Origin: Centroscyllium fabricii
Lineage: Eukaryota
Length of the DNA stretch: 64,000 bases
Direction of reading: 5' to 3'
Assembly: GCA_051313645.2 (NCBI GenBank)
Contig: JBNRSN020000008.1
Coordinates: 247,194,001-247,258,000 of the forward strand
The notes beneath the pieces are model-generated. The model saw nothing but the letters and a program-made list of their open reading frames with translations, ran no database searches and was not told where the DNA came from. Position numbers and translations under genes: made by a program. Shown here piece by piece: positions 1-13,089 of this stretch. Numbering within the stretch: position 1 is the stretch's first letter; each line of letters begins with the position of its first letter.

Positions 1-289
1 AAACAAAGCAATCAATTAAACTTTAATCCTGCAGATTTTCAGCGGTTCTCAGATTGTTTTTCACAATAAGAGTGTAGTTACGGTATAGATTTTCAGAAAA
101 TGCAGCAATGAACTGGCGGTGATGAAGCAGTTCAAAAGACTATATTTGGCACCAGTCCACCCTGACAGTCCATGTACACTCCAAACCTCCCTGGCTTCAC
201 ATGTAGCTTGAGTTTGAAGAATGTGCCCCGAATTCATTTGTATTCCTCATCCACATTATTCAGACTGAAATAAATACTTCCATTTATGT

Positions 290-575
290 ACAGCCTTTCA
301 TGAATTAACATCTCAAAGCGCATTGCAGCCAATCAGGTGCTTTTGGAGAGTATGTCACTGTTGTTATGTTTGAAACGCTGCAGCTAATTTGCGCACAGCA
401 TACTCCCACAAACAGCATGGTGATAATGACCAGATCATCTGTTTATAATGTGCTGTGAATTGAAGGATCAACATTGGCCAGGACAATGGCGAAAACTGCC
501 CCTTTCTTCTTGGAAGTGATCGTTAAACCCACAACGTCTGACTCAGAGGCGTGTTGGCTCCCAACTGAGCCACAC
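290..575 (-). mobile_element. SacSINE1/DeuSINE-like tRNA-derived SINE, degenerate
   Basis: Minus strand reads GGCTCAGTTGGGAGCC..GCCTCTGAGTCAGACGTTGTGGGTT (tRNA-like head) followed by a Deu-domain-like body; recognised from memory of the family. Confidence 0.55.
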
Positions 576-1159
576 CTGAGGCTATGGTGACAGTGCAGAC
601 TACGCTGTTCCTACCTCATGCACCTACAGTAAAAGGACATTCTGGCCATTCCCGCCGTTCCTTTGTGCCGTTCTTTCCATCTTCACCAATCGATGTTACA
701 TTCCTGCATCGGATCTCTCAGAACTCACAATACAAACACAACTATGATCCATGTTCGGGGTGTCAGAGTGTTCCTTCTGTTACTTTTCTAGTCTGACTTT
801 GATCAAGATGTTTGATAGGAAGAAATGATGATTCATTGTGATAAGATCCGAACCCAAAGAGGCTGAAGCTGGGCTGATGCTGTGTCATTTGCTTCCACAC
901 CGTTAACTGTGCGGCTCCTCTGAATATCACCCGTGTCTCAATACCTTCCGTTAATGATCTTTCCTTCTCAATTCTATTAATGTTCCCCTTCAAATCATCA
1001 TCTGCGTTCAACGTTTAATCCGATCTCATTCCACTTGTATCAGAGACGTTGTCAATTATACTTCAGTAGACCTCCATTCTCATCAGTCTTTGGAAGATTT
1101 TCATCCAGTATTTCTATAATAGTACCATTACATTTCTAGGGATATTTGGTTAACAGTTA

Positions 1160-1591
1160 GAAACATAGAAACATAGAAACTAGGAGCAGGAGTAGGCCAT
1201 TCGGCCCTTCGAGCCTGCTCCGCCATTCAATGAGATCATGGCTGATCATCCAAACCCAGTACCCCACCCCTGACCCTGCCCTCTCCCCATATCCCCCGAT
1301 CCCTACCATAACCCTCGATCCCTATCGAGCCTGCACTGACACATATCCCACCCTATCCCCGTAACCCCACATATTCAATCCCCCTAACACTAAGGGTCAA
1401 TTTATCCTGGCCAATCAACCTAACCCGCACATCTTTGGACTGTGGGAGGAAACCGGAGCACCCGGAGGAAACCCACGCAGACACGGGGAGAATGTGCAAA
1501 CTCCACACAGATAGTACCCGAGGCTGGATTCCAACCCGAGTCTCCAGTGCTGTGAGACAACACTGCTAACCACTGTGCCACCGTGCCGCCC
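1160..1591 (-). mobile_element. HE1-type V-SINE with CR1-derived 3' tail
   Basis: Minus strand: GGCACAGTGGTTAGCA A-box head, V-domain (GTGGAGTTTGCACATTCTCCCCGTGTCTGCGTGGGTTTCCTCCGGGTGCTCCGGTTTCCTCCCACAGTCCAAAGA), CR1-type tail ending in (TTCTATGT)n. Confidence 0.85.
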
Positions 1592-2086
1592 TTTCGTTGA
1601 GAACATGGCGTAGTTGAACATAACAGGATGTAATATGGATGCTCAGACTGCTGGACTGTTCCCTAATCTGTGAAATGTTACGTGTCTCTTCCGGTCCTAC
1701 TCCTGATTCTTGAGCAATTGATTGCTCTTCTGGGGGAGCATCCAAGGAAGGTTCCATCACAATCCTAGAGAGCTCAATAGCCACGTTAATCAGGAGGAAT
1801 CGCTGGGTCCTTTGGATCAGCTCATCTCTCCCACCAAGGCGATACACACAGCTCATTTTCTACTTCACAGACATTGTCCAGTTGTTCCTGATTCTACTGC
1901 ATGTTCTGCTAAAATATGTGTAAAGTGTTCATTGCGGATTTGTGGAAGTAAACTGTATATTAGAGAGACAATAGCATCAAAACAGACAAAGCTGTCCTTT
2001 AAAAGATATATAGTGGCAACAATAGGCTCTGTAGGTAAGATAACTGTTCTGCAAAAATTAAATAAAAACACCATTAAAATAGATAT

Positions 2087-2163
2087 TCAATCCAGGGACA
2101 TAATGATCATGTTCTGACTGTTGCGGCGGTCTGGAGACAACGTTTTTTCCAATGTTTCTTTAC
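2087..2163 (-). CDS. Putative terminal cytoplasmic exon of the Ig receptor (GKETLEKTLSPDRRNSQNMIIMSLD*)
   Basis: Acceptor tttgtttaatatacAG at 2165-2164; phase 1 is compatible with the TM exon; TGA at 2089-2087; no tyrosine motif. Confidence 0.5.
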
Positions 2164-2419
2164 CTGTATATTAAACAAACATATAATGTTATCAGTTTGA
2201 CTTAGTAGAATTGATGTTGATTGATGCAAGTAGTATCCCTAACTAGTGGAACTTCTGTAACATTGCTGAATGGGAAATCTGAGGTCAGGGACTCTGCACG
2301 AATACTCCCTATCAGCTCCCTGCCCACCGGTCCCTCTGGAGAAGGATAATGATAAATGCCATGGGTAACACCACATTGGCTATTGCAATGAATACAGGGG
2401 AGGCCCACAAAATACGTAA

Positions 2420-3480
2420 CACGATAGTAATAAACATGTAATTGGGAAATACATTTCTATATATTTAAATAGAGTTATGAGGAGGCACATTTAGGTCGGA
2501 AGCATCAGGAGGCTCTTTACTCCATTGAAAATAAGAGTCTAAATGGAATGGAGGAGCAGTGGAATCTGGCGCTACTTTTATACAAATTATTAAAAGCAAC
2601 GAAGTAAATAAATAAGCCCATAATCAGCAATTTCAGTAATGTGGTTCATTTCTACAAGGATATAATTGTAACACGCGGAAGTCGTGCTCATATTGTTTGC
2701 ACTTTGGTTACAACACACTTGCAAACTGTGAACAGTCCTGGTCTCCATATTACAAAATGCAACTAGAGATATGGAGAAGATTCAAAAAAGTTTCAGTAGA
2801 ATCAATCGAGAATTAAGAGGTTACACATACCAAGAATTATTCAACAGGCGCTGCGTCATTTCTCTAGAAAAGAAAAGACTGCGTGTTGAGAAATGTTGCT
2901 AATATTGTATTGTCCCTGTGTTAAACCGCACTTAGAATACCGTGAACAGTTCTGCTTTCCATATTATTAAAAGGATATAGAGGTACGGAGAAGTGCAAAA
3001 ATAATTACCAGGATGATTTCAGAAAAGGAGTGTTGCAACTATCAAGAATGATTGAACGGGCAGCAAATCTTTTCTGTAGAAGGGAGAAGACTAGAGTTTG
3101 ACCTGATATAGAGGACTTTGAAATTAGGAAATCGTCGATAGGTTCTCCGCAGAGAAAAGGTTTGAACTTATGGCTGAGACCCGAACTATGGAAATGAATA
3201 TAAATATTCACTGATAAATCCAATAAGTAAATCAGGAGAAACATCTTAATCAAGAGCGTGGCAACATGTGGAAATCGCAAACGTAACTAGTGGTTAAGAC
3301 GATCATTATGGATGCATTTACAGAGACGCTAGATAAACGCATAATGGAGTCAGGCCTAGAAGGATGTGCTGGTGGGGTTGATGAAGAATGGTGGGGTGAA
3401 GTTCATGTGGAGCATATGCACCAGTACTTATCTGTTGGGCTGACTGTACTGATTCGGTGCTTTCAATATTGTGTAATACC
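2420..3480 (+). mobile_element. Old degenerate CR1 LINE 3' fragments (partly duplicated)
   Basis: Decayed '[14 protein letters not shown]' coding motif present twice (~2710 and ~2930), followed by CR1 3'-like sequence. Confidence 0.55.
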
Positions 3481-3560
3481 AAGTGACTGGATAGGTGGTG
3501 TTATCTGATAGGCTATGTATTAGGTAGGACTATGCTGGTATGCCCTTACCAGAGAATAAT

Positions 3561-3991
3561 ACATAGACATAGACATAGAAACTAGGAGCAAGAGTAGGCC
3601 ATTCGGCCCTTCGAGCCTGCTCCGCCATTCAATGAGATCATGGCTGATCATCCAAACCCAGTACCCCGACCCTGCCCCTGCCCTCTCCCCATATCCTTCG
3701 AACCCTACCATATCCCTCGATCCATATCGAGCCTGCACTGACACATAACCCACCCTATCCCCGTAACCCCACATATATTCAATCCCCCTAACACTAAGGG
3801 TCAATTTATCATGGCCAATCAACCTAACCCGCACATCTTTGGACTGTGGGAGGAAACCGGAGCACCCGGAGGAAACCCTCGCAGACACGGGGAGAATGTG
3901 CAAACTCCACACAGATAGTCACCTGAGGCTGGATTTGAACCCGGGTCTCCAGTGCTGTGAGAAAACAGTGCTAACCACTGTGCCACCGTGC
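3561..3991 (-). mobile_element. HE1-type V-SINE, second copy
   Basis: Closely similar to 1160-1591 along its whole length. Confidence 0.85.
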
Positions 3992-4035
3992 ATTTTAGAG
4001 AAATCTACCATTTGCAATTCTATTTGAAATCTTAC

Positions 4036-4143
4036 CTTCGTGCGGGTTAACATTCACGAAATGCTCAACAATGAATATCATCATCACGATGACCACCAAG
4101 GCACTGAGGCAGAGCCGGACTAAGAGCACCGTGAGATATTGTT
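4036..4143 (-). CDS. Transmembrane exon of the Ig receptor (EQYLTVLLVRLCLSALVVIVMMIFIVEHFVNVNPHE)
   Basis: 108 bp, acceptor cttcttccacAG, donor G|GTAAG, phase 1-1; hydrophobic helix with Arg (CGG at 4117-4115) and a C-terminal Glu. Confidence 0.85.
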
Positions 4144-4339
4144 CTGTGGAAGAAGCAGCAAATATTGATAGTTCGCAGTGTGAACGTCTTTATTAGTAAC
4201 TAATGCTTCCAAATTCCTCATGAAAATGGAGGTAAGCCCTAGCGTTCTTATTTAAGCAGATACATTGATAACACCCTCTTGCATTTCATCTGCTGCAACA
4301 CGAAACATACAGTAATGACATTACTACGGTAGCAAAATA

Positions 4340-4520
4340 CGGCAGATGCTGGAAATCCAATATAACAATAAAAAATGCTGGACAAATTCAACAGTTCAGG
4401 CAACATACATGAAGAGAGAAATAAGAGTATCTTGCTAAATGACCCGACCCGAACCGTTGAGTCTTCCTTCTCTCTTCACAGGTGTTGCCTGAACTGTTGA
4501 TTTTATCCAGCATTGTCTGT
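4340..4520. repeat. Palindromic Penelope-terminus-derived hairpin element
   Basis: Imperfect inverted arms ~4374-4420 and ~4468-4514 (aatgctgga..caggcaaca..gaagagagaa / ttctctcttc..tgttgcctg..tccagcatt). Confidence 0.55.
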
Positions 4521-5254
4521 TGGTATTACAGTAATGACACGTTATCTTGAAGGTAATACTTGTAGGTTTTCAACAGTTTTTCTTTCGAAATGCTTAACGT
4601 GTTCCTGTAGAACTTATTTGCTAGAAGTGATGAATGAAGGGGAAGCATTTACGACGTCCTTAAACAAGGTAATTAAAGCAATTACTGATGTTATTTGTCT
4701 GCAGTGAATCTTGTTGAAATTTACAGCTTTGTCAATGTTAATTTGGGTTGATTCGGTTCTCACTTATTGGCGCTCTTGTTGTAACATTGCACACATATGT
4801 TACCGTTAGAGTACTGGGGGCAGCAAAGAGGGAATTAACGCTGTTAACTTGTTTTGCGGTGCAGTGGATGTCAGCTAATCCATGAATTGGATTACCTTGG
4901 CTATGCCAGTGTTGTTATCTCCAGTCAGTTTGAATAGGCTGTTTGTGAGGCAAATGCCAAATATTGTCAACTGTGGGCCTTGGTCAGAACATTCTACTCT
5001 GTCCACAGACGCCGACTGAAAATTTGTATATTATAAACAGCAAATATTTATTTTTGCTTTTTGCTTACTATCATAAAGTAACCTTTTGTTAAAGTCGGCA
5101 ACATCGATATTTATTTTCTCGGATTCCCTAGAGGGTAACCTTGGACTATTAAGGAATCGTTCAGAAACTAAAAGCGAAATTAATGAATAAACTTTTAAGC
5201 AATGTTGGAGAAGTAACACCACTCAATGTTTAGCACTTTAGTTCTGCCATCAGT

Positions 5255-6190
5255 CATAGAGTCACAGATTTATACAGCATTTAAAGAGTCCTTTCGCCCC
5301 ATCGTGTCTGCGCCGTACATCAAGCCCTGTCTATTCTAATCCCATCTTCCTGTATTTGGTCCGTTGCCTTGAATGCTATGCCGTTTCAAGTGCTCGTCTC
5401 AATGCTTCTTGAATGTTGCGAGGTTTCCTGCCTCTGCCACCCTTTCAGGCAGTGAGTTCCAGATTCCATCCACAGCCTGTGTGAAAATGCTCTCCCTAAA
5501 ATCACCTCTAAACCTCATGCCCTTTACCTTGAATCTATGCACCCTTGTTATTGAACCCACTACAAAAGTAAAATGTTCCTTTCTATTTTCCCGATCTGTT
5601 CCCCTTCAGAAATTTGGACACCTCAATCAGGTCCCCCCTCAGCCTTCTCTGCTCCAAGAAAAACAACCCCAGCCTGTCCAGTCTTGCTTCATAGCTGAAG
5701 CGCTCCAGCCCAGGTAACATCCTGGTGAATCTCCTCTGCACCCTCTGCAAAGCTATCACATCCTTCCTATAGTTTGGTGACCAGAACAGCACACAGTATT
5801 CCAGCTGTGGCCTTACCAGCGTTTGTAGAGGTCCATCATAACCTCCATATTCTTAAATGCTGTGCACCAGCGAATGAAAGCAAGTATCCCATATACATTT
5901 TTATCCACCTTATCCACCTGTTCTGCTGCCTTCAGTGATCTATGTTGATGCACACCAAGTTCCCTCTGAACCGCTGTCTTTCCTAGCGTCTTACCATTCA
6001 TTGTGTATTCCCTTGCCTTGTTAGACATTACATAATGCCTGAGTTCACAATTTTTAAGCTTAAATTCAATTTGCCACTGTTCCACCCGTCTGATCAATCT
6101 ATCTATATCGTCCTGCAGACTTCGGCTTCCCTCCTCGCTATTTACCACCCCTCCAAGTTTCGTGTCATCTGCGAACTTATTGGTCATTTC
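5255..6190 (-). mobile_element. CR1 LINE, 5'-truncated (RT C-terminus plus 3' UTR)
   Basis: ORF track shows KFADDTKLGG and LQRVQRRFTRMLPGL..LEQRRLRGDLIEV; the CR1 tail repeat is at the left end. Confidence 0.9.
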
Positions 6191-6490
6191 ATTACTTTCA
6201 TACCCAACTCATAAAGTTAGGTAATTAGCTAAAACTTTATGGAATAAATGTCAATGTATTTTCGGGCACAGGCGCAAAAGAGGGCGTGACACATTCTCCG
6301 CATATTAAGTCCGATATGACGGGATGTAAGGCTGGCGTCCTATGAGAAGACGTCCCAGAAGAACGTTGAGACCTGGATGTCATTTCCACGCCAGTTTGAA
6401 TCCATAAACTGAACAACTGATGAAGACTGACAATGACACAAAAAGACCTTGTGCTGATCCCCGAACAGAGAATCTGTGAATCTCACTCAC

Positions 6491-6787
6491 CTCCGACAGT
6501 TACATGTACAGGGTCACTCCGAGCCGAAGTTAGCCGCTTTCCCCTCACATCCGCTTCATACAGGCAGGTGTAATTTCCTCCTTCAGCGCGATCAACATTC
6601 CTGATGGTGAACGTGACAGAATTAAATCCTGCCGCAGCAGGCTGGACATCCGAGTAATTCGTGTCTCCGTGCCTGTACAAGTAAAATGTGATGCCAGGAA
6701 ACTCCCGGGGGATTGTGCAGTTAAACGTGACTTCTCCACCCTTCAGAACAACATTGGAGTCCACAGACATTTTTGCTTTGGGTAGAC
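6491..6787 (-). CDS. Ig exon D6 (membrane-proximal C2-type domain), intact
   Basis: 297 bp, AG/GT, phase 1-1; LPKAKMSV..GGEVTFNC..FYLYRHG..EGGNYTCLY..SARSDPVHVTV, an LRC-type Ig pattern. Confidence 0.9.
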
Positions 6788-7329
6788 CTGTAATTCGAAT
6801 GGAACAGGCAGTGACCATCGAATCAAAATGCAATACAGAATTATTATTGTGAACTTATATGTGAATGGCCTGGACTTGTGTACACAGGGCATAATTACAA
6901 AGTTTGGAGAAGGTGCGACTGTCGAAAATATATTGCAAGAAGTCCAACACCGGCAACTCCACATCATGGAAACTGTATTGAGCAGTGAGGAGGATATCAA
7001 CACACATCAAGAGGACATGATTCTGCTTTTCCCATTTACACTTTGTCTAAACCTATCGTATGTATCTTTCCTGCTCCCATACCATCTCCGTTTCCATTGT
7101 ACAATCAGACCATTTGTTATTTGAACTTTCCTGCCTTCCAAATAGATCTTCCCTTTTTATCTTTCCCCGTTTCGCTGCATTTCCATTTCCGTAAAGTCCG
7201 TGATACCTCTATTTTTTTCAAGTTCTCAGGAAAGGTCATCGATGTGAAACGTTAACACTCTTTCTCTCTCTTGTGGTGCTTCCTGACATGCTGAGTTTTC
7301 CTAGCATGTCCGCTTTTAAAATCAGGAGT

Positions 7330-7893
7330 ACAAAGACAGACTGGTGAAAATGGGGAAAACATGGCAGATGAAACTTCACACGGAGAAGTGTGATATGACA
7401 CATTTTGGGAAGAAATAATGAGCTGGGGCTGTTTAAACGAAATGGTACAACTTTATACGTGGTACAGAATCAGACGGCCCTCGCGTGCACAGGCACAAGT
7501 CTTTGAAGGTGGCGGGAGATGCGAAGGAGAGAATTAAAGAAAATCTTTATCAAACAGAGGCTGAGATAATACATTCAGTCAAGATATGCTAAAGCTGTAG
7601 AAATCACTTGTTAGTGGCCATGTAGGAATACTGTGTCCCAAATTAAGACATTACACTTTAGGAAGTATTTCAATACCTTACATACGGTGTAGAGGAGATG
7701 TAACATAATTGTTATAAGGAGGAGGAATTTCAGTTATATTGAGAGACTGCAGAAGATGTGATTTGTCTCCACAAAGCAGAAAAGTTTGACTAGTGATTTG
7801 ATAAAGGTGATAAATATCATGATGGATTTTGATAGAGTAAGTAAGGAGAGACGTTTACCAGTGAAAGAGAGGTAGGTAACCAGGGGACGCAGG
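7330..7893 (+). mobile_element. Old degenerate CR1 fragment
   Basis: Decayed WQMKF..EKC..HFGR and SYxERL motifs. Confidence 0.6.
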
Positions 7894-9520
7894 TCATAAA
7901 GTCATAGAGTAATACAGCACAGAAAGAGGCCCTTCAGCCCATCGCGTCCGTGCCGGCCATCAATCCCAGTATATACTAGTCCCATTTTCCCGCATTTGGT
8001 CCGTTGCCTTGTATGCTGTGGCATTTCAAGTGCTCATCCAAATGCTTTTTGAATGATGTGAGGGTTCCCACCTCTACCACCCTCTCAGGCAATGAGTTCC
8101 AGACCGAACCACTCTCTGGGTGAAAAAGTTCTTCCTCACATCCGCACGATACCTCCTGCTCCTTACTCTGACATTATGCCCACTAGTTATTGACTCCTCA
8201 ACCAAGGGAAAAAGTTCCAATCCATCCAGCTTATCTATTCCCCTCATAATTCTGTACCCAACCAGTTTCCCCCTCAGCCTCCTCTGCTCCAAGGAAATAA
8301 CCCCAGCCTGTCCAGTCTCTCTTCATACCTGAAGCTCCCCAGCCCAGACAGAATCTTGGTGTATCTCCTCTGCACCCTCTCCAAAGCTATTACATTCCTC
8401 CTTTAGTGTGGCGACCAGAACTGCACACAGTAATCCAGCTGTGGCCTTACCAGCGTTGTGTACAGCTCCATCATAACCTCCCTGCTCTTATATTCTATAA
8501 TGGGCAAGTATCCCATATTGCTTTTTAACCACCTTATCCACCTCTCCTGCTGCCTTCAGGGACCTATGTACCTGCACACCAAGATTCCTCTGATCCTCTG
8601 CATTCCCTAGCGTCCTTCCATTCATGGTGTATTCCCTTGCCATGTTAGACCTACCGAAATGCATCACCTCACACTTTTCTGGATTAAATCCCATTTGCCA
8701 CTGTTCCGCCCATCTGACCAACTCGTCTATGTCGTCCTGCATGTTGCGGATTTCCTCCTCAGTATTTACCAACCCCCCAACTTTTGTGTCATCTGAAAAC
8801 TTACAGATCATGCCTTTTACATTAATATCTAAATCGTTAATATATACGACAAACAGCAAGGGACTCAACAACGATCCCTGCGGTACCCCACTGGACACAG
8901 GCTTCCAGTCACAAAAACAACCTTCGACCATCACCCTCTACCTCCTGTCACTTAGCCAGTTTTGGATCCACTGTGCCAAGGTGCCCTGGATCCCATGTTA
9001 CCTTACCTTCTTGACCAGTCTCCTATGCAGCACCTGATCAAAAGTCTTACTAAAATCCATGTATGCCACGTCCAGTGCACGACCCTCATCCACACCCCTG
9101 GTCATTACTTCAAATAATTCAATCAATTTGGTCAGACACGATCTTCCCTTGACGAAGCCATGCTGACTATCCTTAATTAATCCTTGCCTCTCCAAGTGGA
9201 GACTACTTTTGTCCCTCACGATTCTTTCTAGTAATTTCCCCACGACTGATGTCAGGCTCACCGGCCTGTAATTCCCTGGTTTCTCCCAACTACCTTTCTT
9301 GAACAATGGCACTGCATGGGCCATTCTCCAGTCCTCCAGCACATCCCCTGTGGCCTGCAAATTTGTGTCAGAGACCCTGCAATCTCTTCCTTAGCCTCAC
9401 CCAGCAGCCTGGGATACATCTCGTCAGGGCCTGGAGACTTATTCACTTTTATGCCTGCTAAAACTGCTAGTGCCTCCTCCCTGTCAACACTAATATGATC
9501 AAGTGTATCGCATCCCTCCT
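7894..9520 (-). mobile_element. CR1 LINE RT region, frameshifted
   Basis: ORFs KSPGPDEMYPRLL, GNYRPVSLTSVVGK, SQHGFVKGRSCLT, SGVPQGS, KFSDDTK; CR1 3' tail present. Confidence 0.92.
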
Positions 9521-10320
9521 GTCTTGTTTCTGTTTGTAGAACTCAAATTTCCTCTCAACCTTATCCGCTCTATGGTGAACAACCCCTGCTTCTCTGATCT
9601 ATCCACCTAACTGAGGTCCGTCATCTGTGGAATCGGCTTCGTGAATCTGCTCTGCCCCTCTCTGAGGCCTTACACCCTTCCTAAAGTGCGGTGCACAGAA
9701 TTAGACCGCATGCTCCAGTTGAGACTGAACAAGTGTTGTACACAATTTCATTAAAATATCCTGGCTTTTTTACATTTTGTCGCTATTTAAGCAGTTCAGG
9801 ATTCCTATTGATTTTATAACAGGTTTGTCAACCTCCCCTGCTGCCTTCTGCGATGTGTGCAGGTTTCCCCGTTTACACACACCATTTATGATTGTAACAT
9901 TTAATTTTTATTGAGCTTCCTAACACATTCTATCATGTCGCCCTCTATTACCTTAAAATATTTGGTATTTTTCAGCATCTGTGGTAAAATAAATGGAAAG
10001 ATCAACGGAAATGGATTTCTGCAGGTTCCTGTGCCATGAAAGGCTGGTAACTGAATTAACGGAATCAAACAGAAATGAGACAGAAAATAAATCAGTTAGG
10101 AATCTTGTTCCAAAACCTGGGCTTACCGCAGAAATTCCCATCGTTGATACCAGGAGTAGTGCTGGTTTCAAATTCACATTTCTGCCAATTTCATGGAGCC
10201 AGAACCTGATTAAATGGCCTGAATAACTCCGTGAAACGTATGGATTTGCATTTCACATAAAGGAGTTCAGTGTTGCTGGGCTCTAGGATGTGCGCTTCGC
10301 TGGCATGTCTGGCGTTTACT

Positions 10321-10780
10321 GGGTTAGGATTTGCGGTAGGTTTCGGGTTCGTGTTAGGGTTAGGGTTCGTGTTAGGGTTAGGGTTAGGTTTCGTGTTAGG
10401 GTTCGGATTAGGTTTCGGGTTAAGGTACGGGTTCGGGTTAAGGTTCGGGTTAGGGTTCGGGTTTGGGTTAGGGTTCGTGTTAGGGTTCGGATTCATGTTA
10501 GGGTTCGGGTTCGGGTTCGGGTTCCGGTTAGGGTTCGGGTTAGTGTTCGGGTAAGGGTTCGGGTTCGGGGTAGGGTTCGTGTTAGGGTTCTGGTTAGGGT
10601 TCGGGTTAGTGTTCGGTTAGGGTTAGGGTTCGGGTTATGGTTAGGTTTTGGGCGCGGGTTTGGGATAGGGTTCATGTTAGGGTTAGGATTAGGGTTAGGG
10701 TTCGTGTTAAGATTAGGGTTAGGGTTAGGTTTCGGGTTCGGGTTCGGGTTCGGGTTAGGGTTATGATTAGGGTTAGGGTT
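10321..10780 (+). repeat. Intronic interstitial telomere-like hexamer array (mixed TTAGGG/TTCGGG)
   Basis: ~460 bp of GGGTTA/GGGTTC hexamers with variant units. Confidence 0.9.
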
Positions 10781-11279
10781 GGAAATGCTCTTGAGTAGAT
10801 GATGGTCGGCCTTCTGCTTGAACAGATTTTTGCTACCCTAATGCTGTTCGGTTTGGACTTCCAGCTTTTTGAGCGAGCGACAATGAAGGTTCGCCAGATA
10901 TATTTCCAAGTCAATATGGCGAGTGAGTCGAGCCGGAACTAGGAGATGATGCTATTCACGTGCGTCTACTGCCCCCATCATGTTTGATTATGGAGGTCGA
11001 GGGGTTTCGAGCTGTCGACGGAATGCAATCCATTAAGTTATATGAAAACCTAAAATTTACTGAAGTGAAAATATATCACGTATCAGGATGTTTTTGTTAA
11101 TCTCGTTACACAGTTTCGGTTATCTGACGGAGATTCTGTAATCTAACAAGACCAGCCAGTCTGGTGGTGCCTCGTGAGGTGAATAGACACTAAGTGGAGT
11201 TAAAATTCTGGCAGGATGAAGCCATTTGACATTAAATATTCCACGGTGGTTGTTCCAGATATTTAGGGTGCAAAATTGG

Positions 11280-12045
11280 AAATCAGCGTTATATAGAGTT
11301 TGCTGAGGTTTTTAAGAGCAGAGTAGTTAGGGGGAACCAGTTGATGAGGTGCAGTGGATTTTCAGAAGGCATTCGATAATGTGCCACACACGAGGTTACT
11401 GAACAATATAAGGGCTCAGGGGATTGAGGGTAATATATTAGCCTGGATTGAGGATTGTTTCACGGACAGAAAACAGAGAGTAGGAATAAACTGGTGATTT
11501 TCGGTTTGGCAGGCTGTAACTACTGGGGTAACGTAGAATCAGTGCCTGAGCCTCAGTTATTCACAATCTACATCAATGATTTGGATGCGGGGACCAACTT
11601 TATCATATCACAGCTTAGGAAGCTGGTGCAACATAATTTGTGAGGAGGATGCAAGGAAGGCTTCAAGGTGATATAGTCAATCAAGGTGATTCGGTAAGAA
11701 CATGGCAAATGCAATAAAATGTGGAGATATATGCGTCTAGAACCAGGGACCACAGTCTCAGATTAAGCGGTCGGCCATTTAGAAATGAGATGAGGATACA
11801 TTTCTCCACTGAGAGGATGGTGAATCTTTCGAACTCGGGAACCCAGAGGGCTGTGAAGCCTCAGCTGTTAAGTACAAGACAGAGATTGATAGAGTTTTGA
11901 TCTTTAAGGAAATCAAGGGCTATGTGATTAGTACAGGGAAGGGGAGATTCTGCACAAGATTGTGTATGAACTTACTGAATGGCGGAGCAGACTTCAAGGG
12001 CCTAATGGCCTACTCCTAATCCTGTGTCTTACAGTCTTATGTTCT
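11280..12045 (+). mobile_element. Degenerate CR1 fragment with 3' tail
   Basis: DFQKAFD, PQLFTIYINDLD remnants and AATGGCCTACTCCT tail. Confidence 0.75.
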
Positions 12046-12247
12046 TTAAACAAATCATGTTGTATTGCAGGGCCCAATGTTAAAGCGCTCCTGTCAAGAG
12101 CTTATTAAAAGATTCCAAACCATTCGGTCTTCTTCCACTTTCCTAATGTTAAACCATTGATGTTTTCCAATGATTAAAGCATGAATTTATAAAAATACCA
12201 AAAGCTTTAAAAAATCACCCACTATTCCTCTGATCTGTGCCACTCAC

Positions 12248-12541
12248 CTGCGACAGTAACGCTCACAGACTCGCTCCGATGAGATTCTAACCGCCTTCCG
12301 CTGAGGGAGGTTCCATATCCGCACTGGTACCGCCCTCCCTGTTCTTTAATGGTAACCGGGATTTTTACAATGTTGTCCTTTGTGACAAGTAGATAGGATC
12401 GCAGATATTGATTATCTTTGTAAAATTAGAATGTTTTATAGCGATAATCTCCGGTCACAGTGCAGGAAATGGTGACTGTCTCTCCCACCACATACACCCC
12501 ACCCGGTTGATCAAGAGTCATCACTGGAGTTGTTGTCGGAT
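12248..12541 (-). pseudogene. Ig exon D5, in-frame nonsense codon
   Basis: 294 bp, AG/GT intact, paralogous to D4; TAA at 12428-12426 where D4 has Tyr (TAT). Confidence 0.88.
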
Positions 12542-13089
12542 CTATGGTGAAATATATAGAAAGCACGATGAGAAATGGGGCTCTGGATTTTTATGTAAAG
12601 TGCAAGGTGCTGAACACACTGATGATTGTCTGGTGTTAAAGCGCAGTTTCACATCGGATACAGAGATTCCGCAATAGGGGAGTTCGAGGTTTGTTTATAA
12701 AGAAGAAAGACTTGCATTTCTCTAGCGCCGTTCATGAAGCGGGGACGTCCCGAAGCGCTTTACAGCCAATTTACTCATTTTGAAGAATGGCCACTTTTGG
12801 AATGTGGGAAATTAAATGGTGGAGCCAAAGAACCTAAATCAGCTCCAGGTCTCTGACGGACGTCCGTTATTAGGCCGGAGATTATCCTCTGGGGTACGAC
12901 CGGAAAAAAGAAAAGGTTGCTTTGGAAAGCACAATGCTGCTAACGTAGCCCAGATGACGACGAGGTAACCGAGAGTGAAAGTGTCCATTATTCCCAGAAC
13001 AGTAGGTAGAAAACCTTCGACAACGGAAGATAATGAACAGCCAAACTGAGCGAGGCTTTGAGGGACACACATTACAAATATTTGACCTG

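Noticed and set aside
4804-5015. Possible stalk exons between D6 and the TM exon
   Set aside because: The AG/GT-bounded candidates (4896-5015, 4804-4874) are not phase 1-1 open frames, and D6 splices in frame to the TM exon without them.
10191-10766. ORFs encoding (NP)n, (RV)n and (GL/GF)n proteins
   Set aside because: Translation artefacts of the telomere-like hexamer array.
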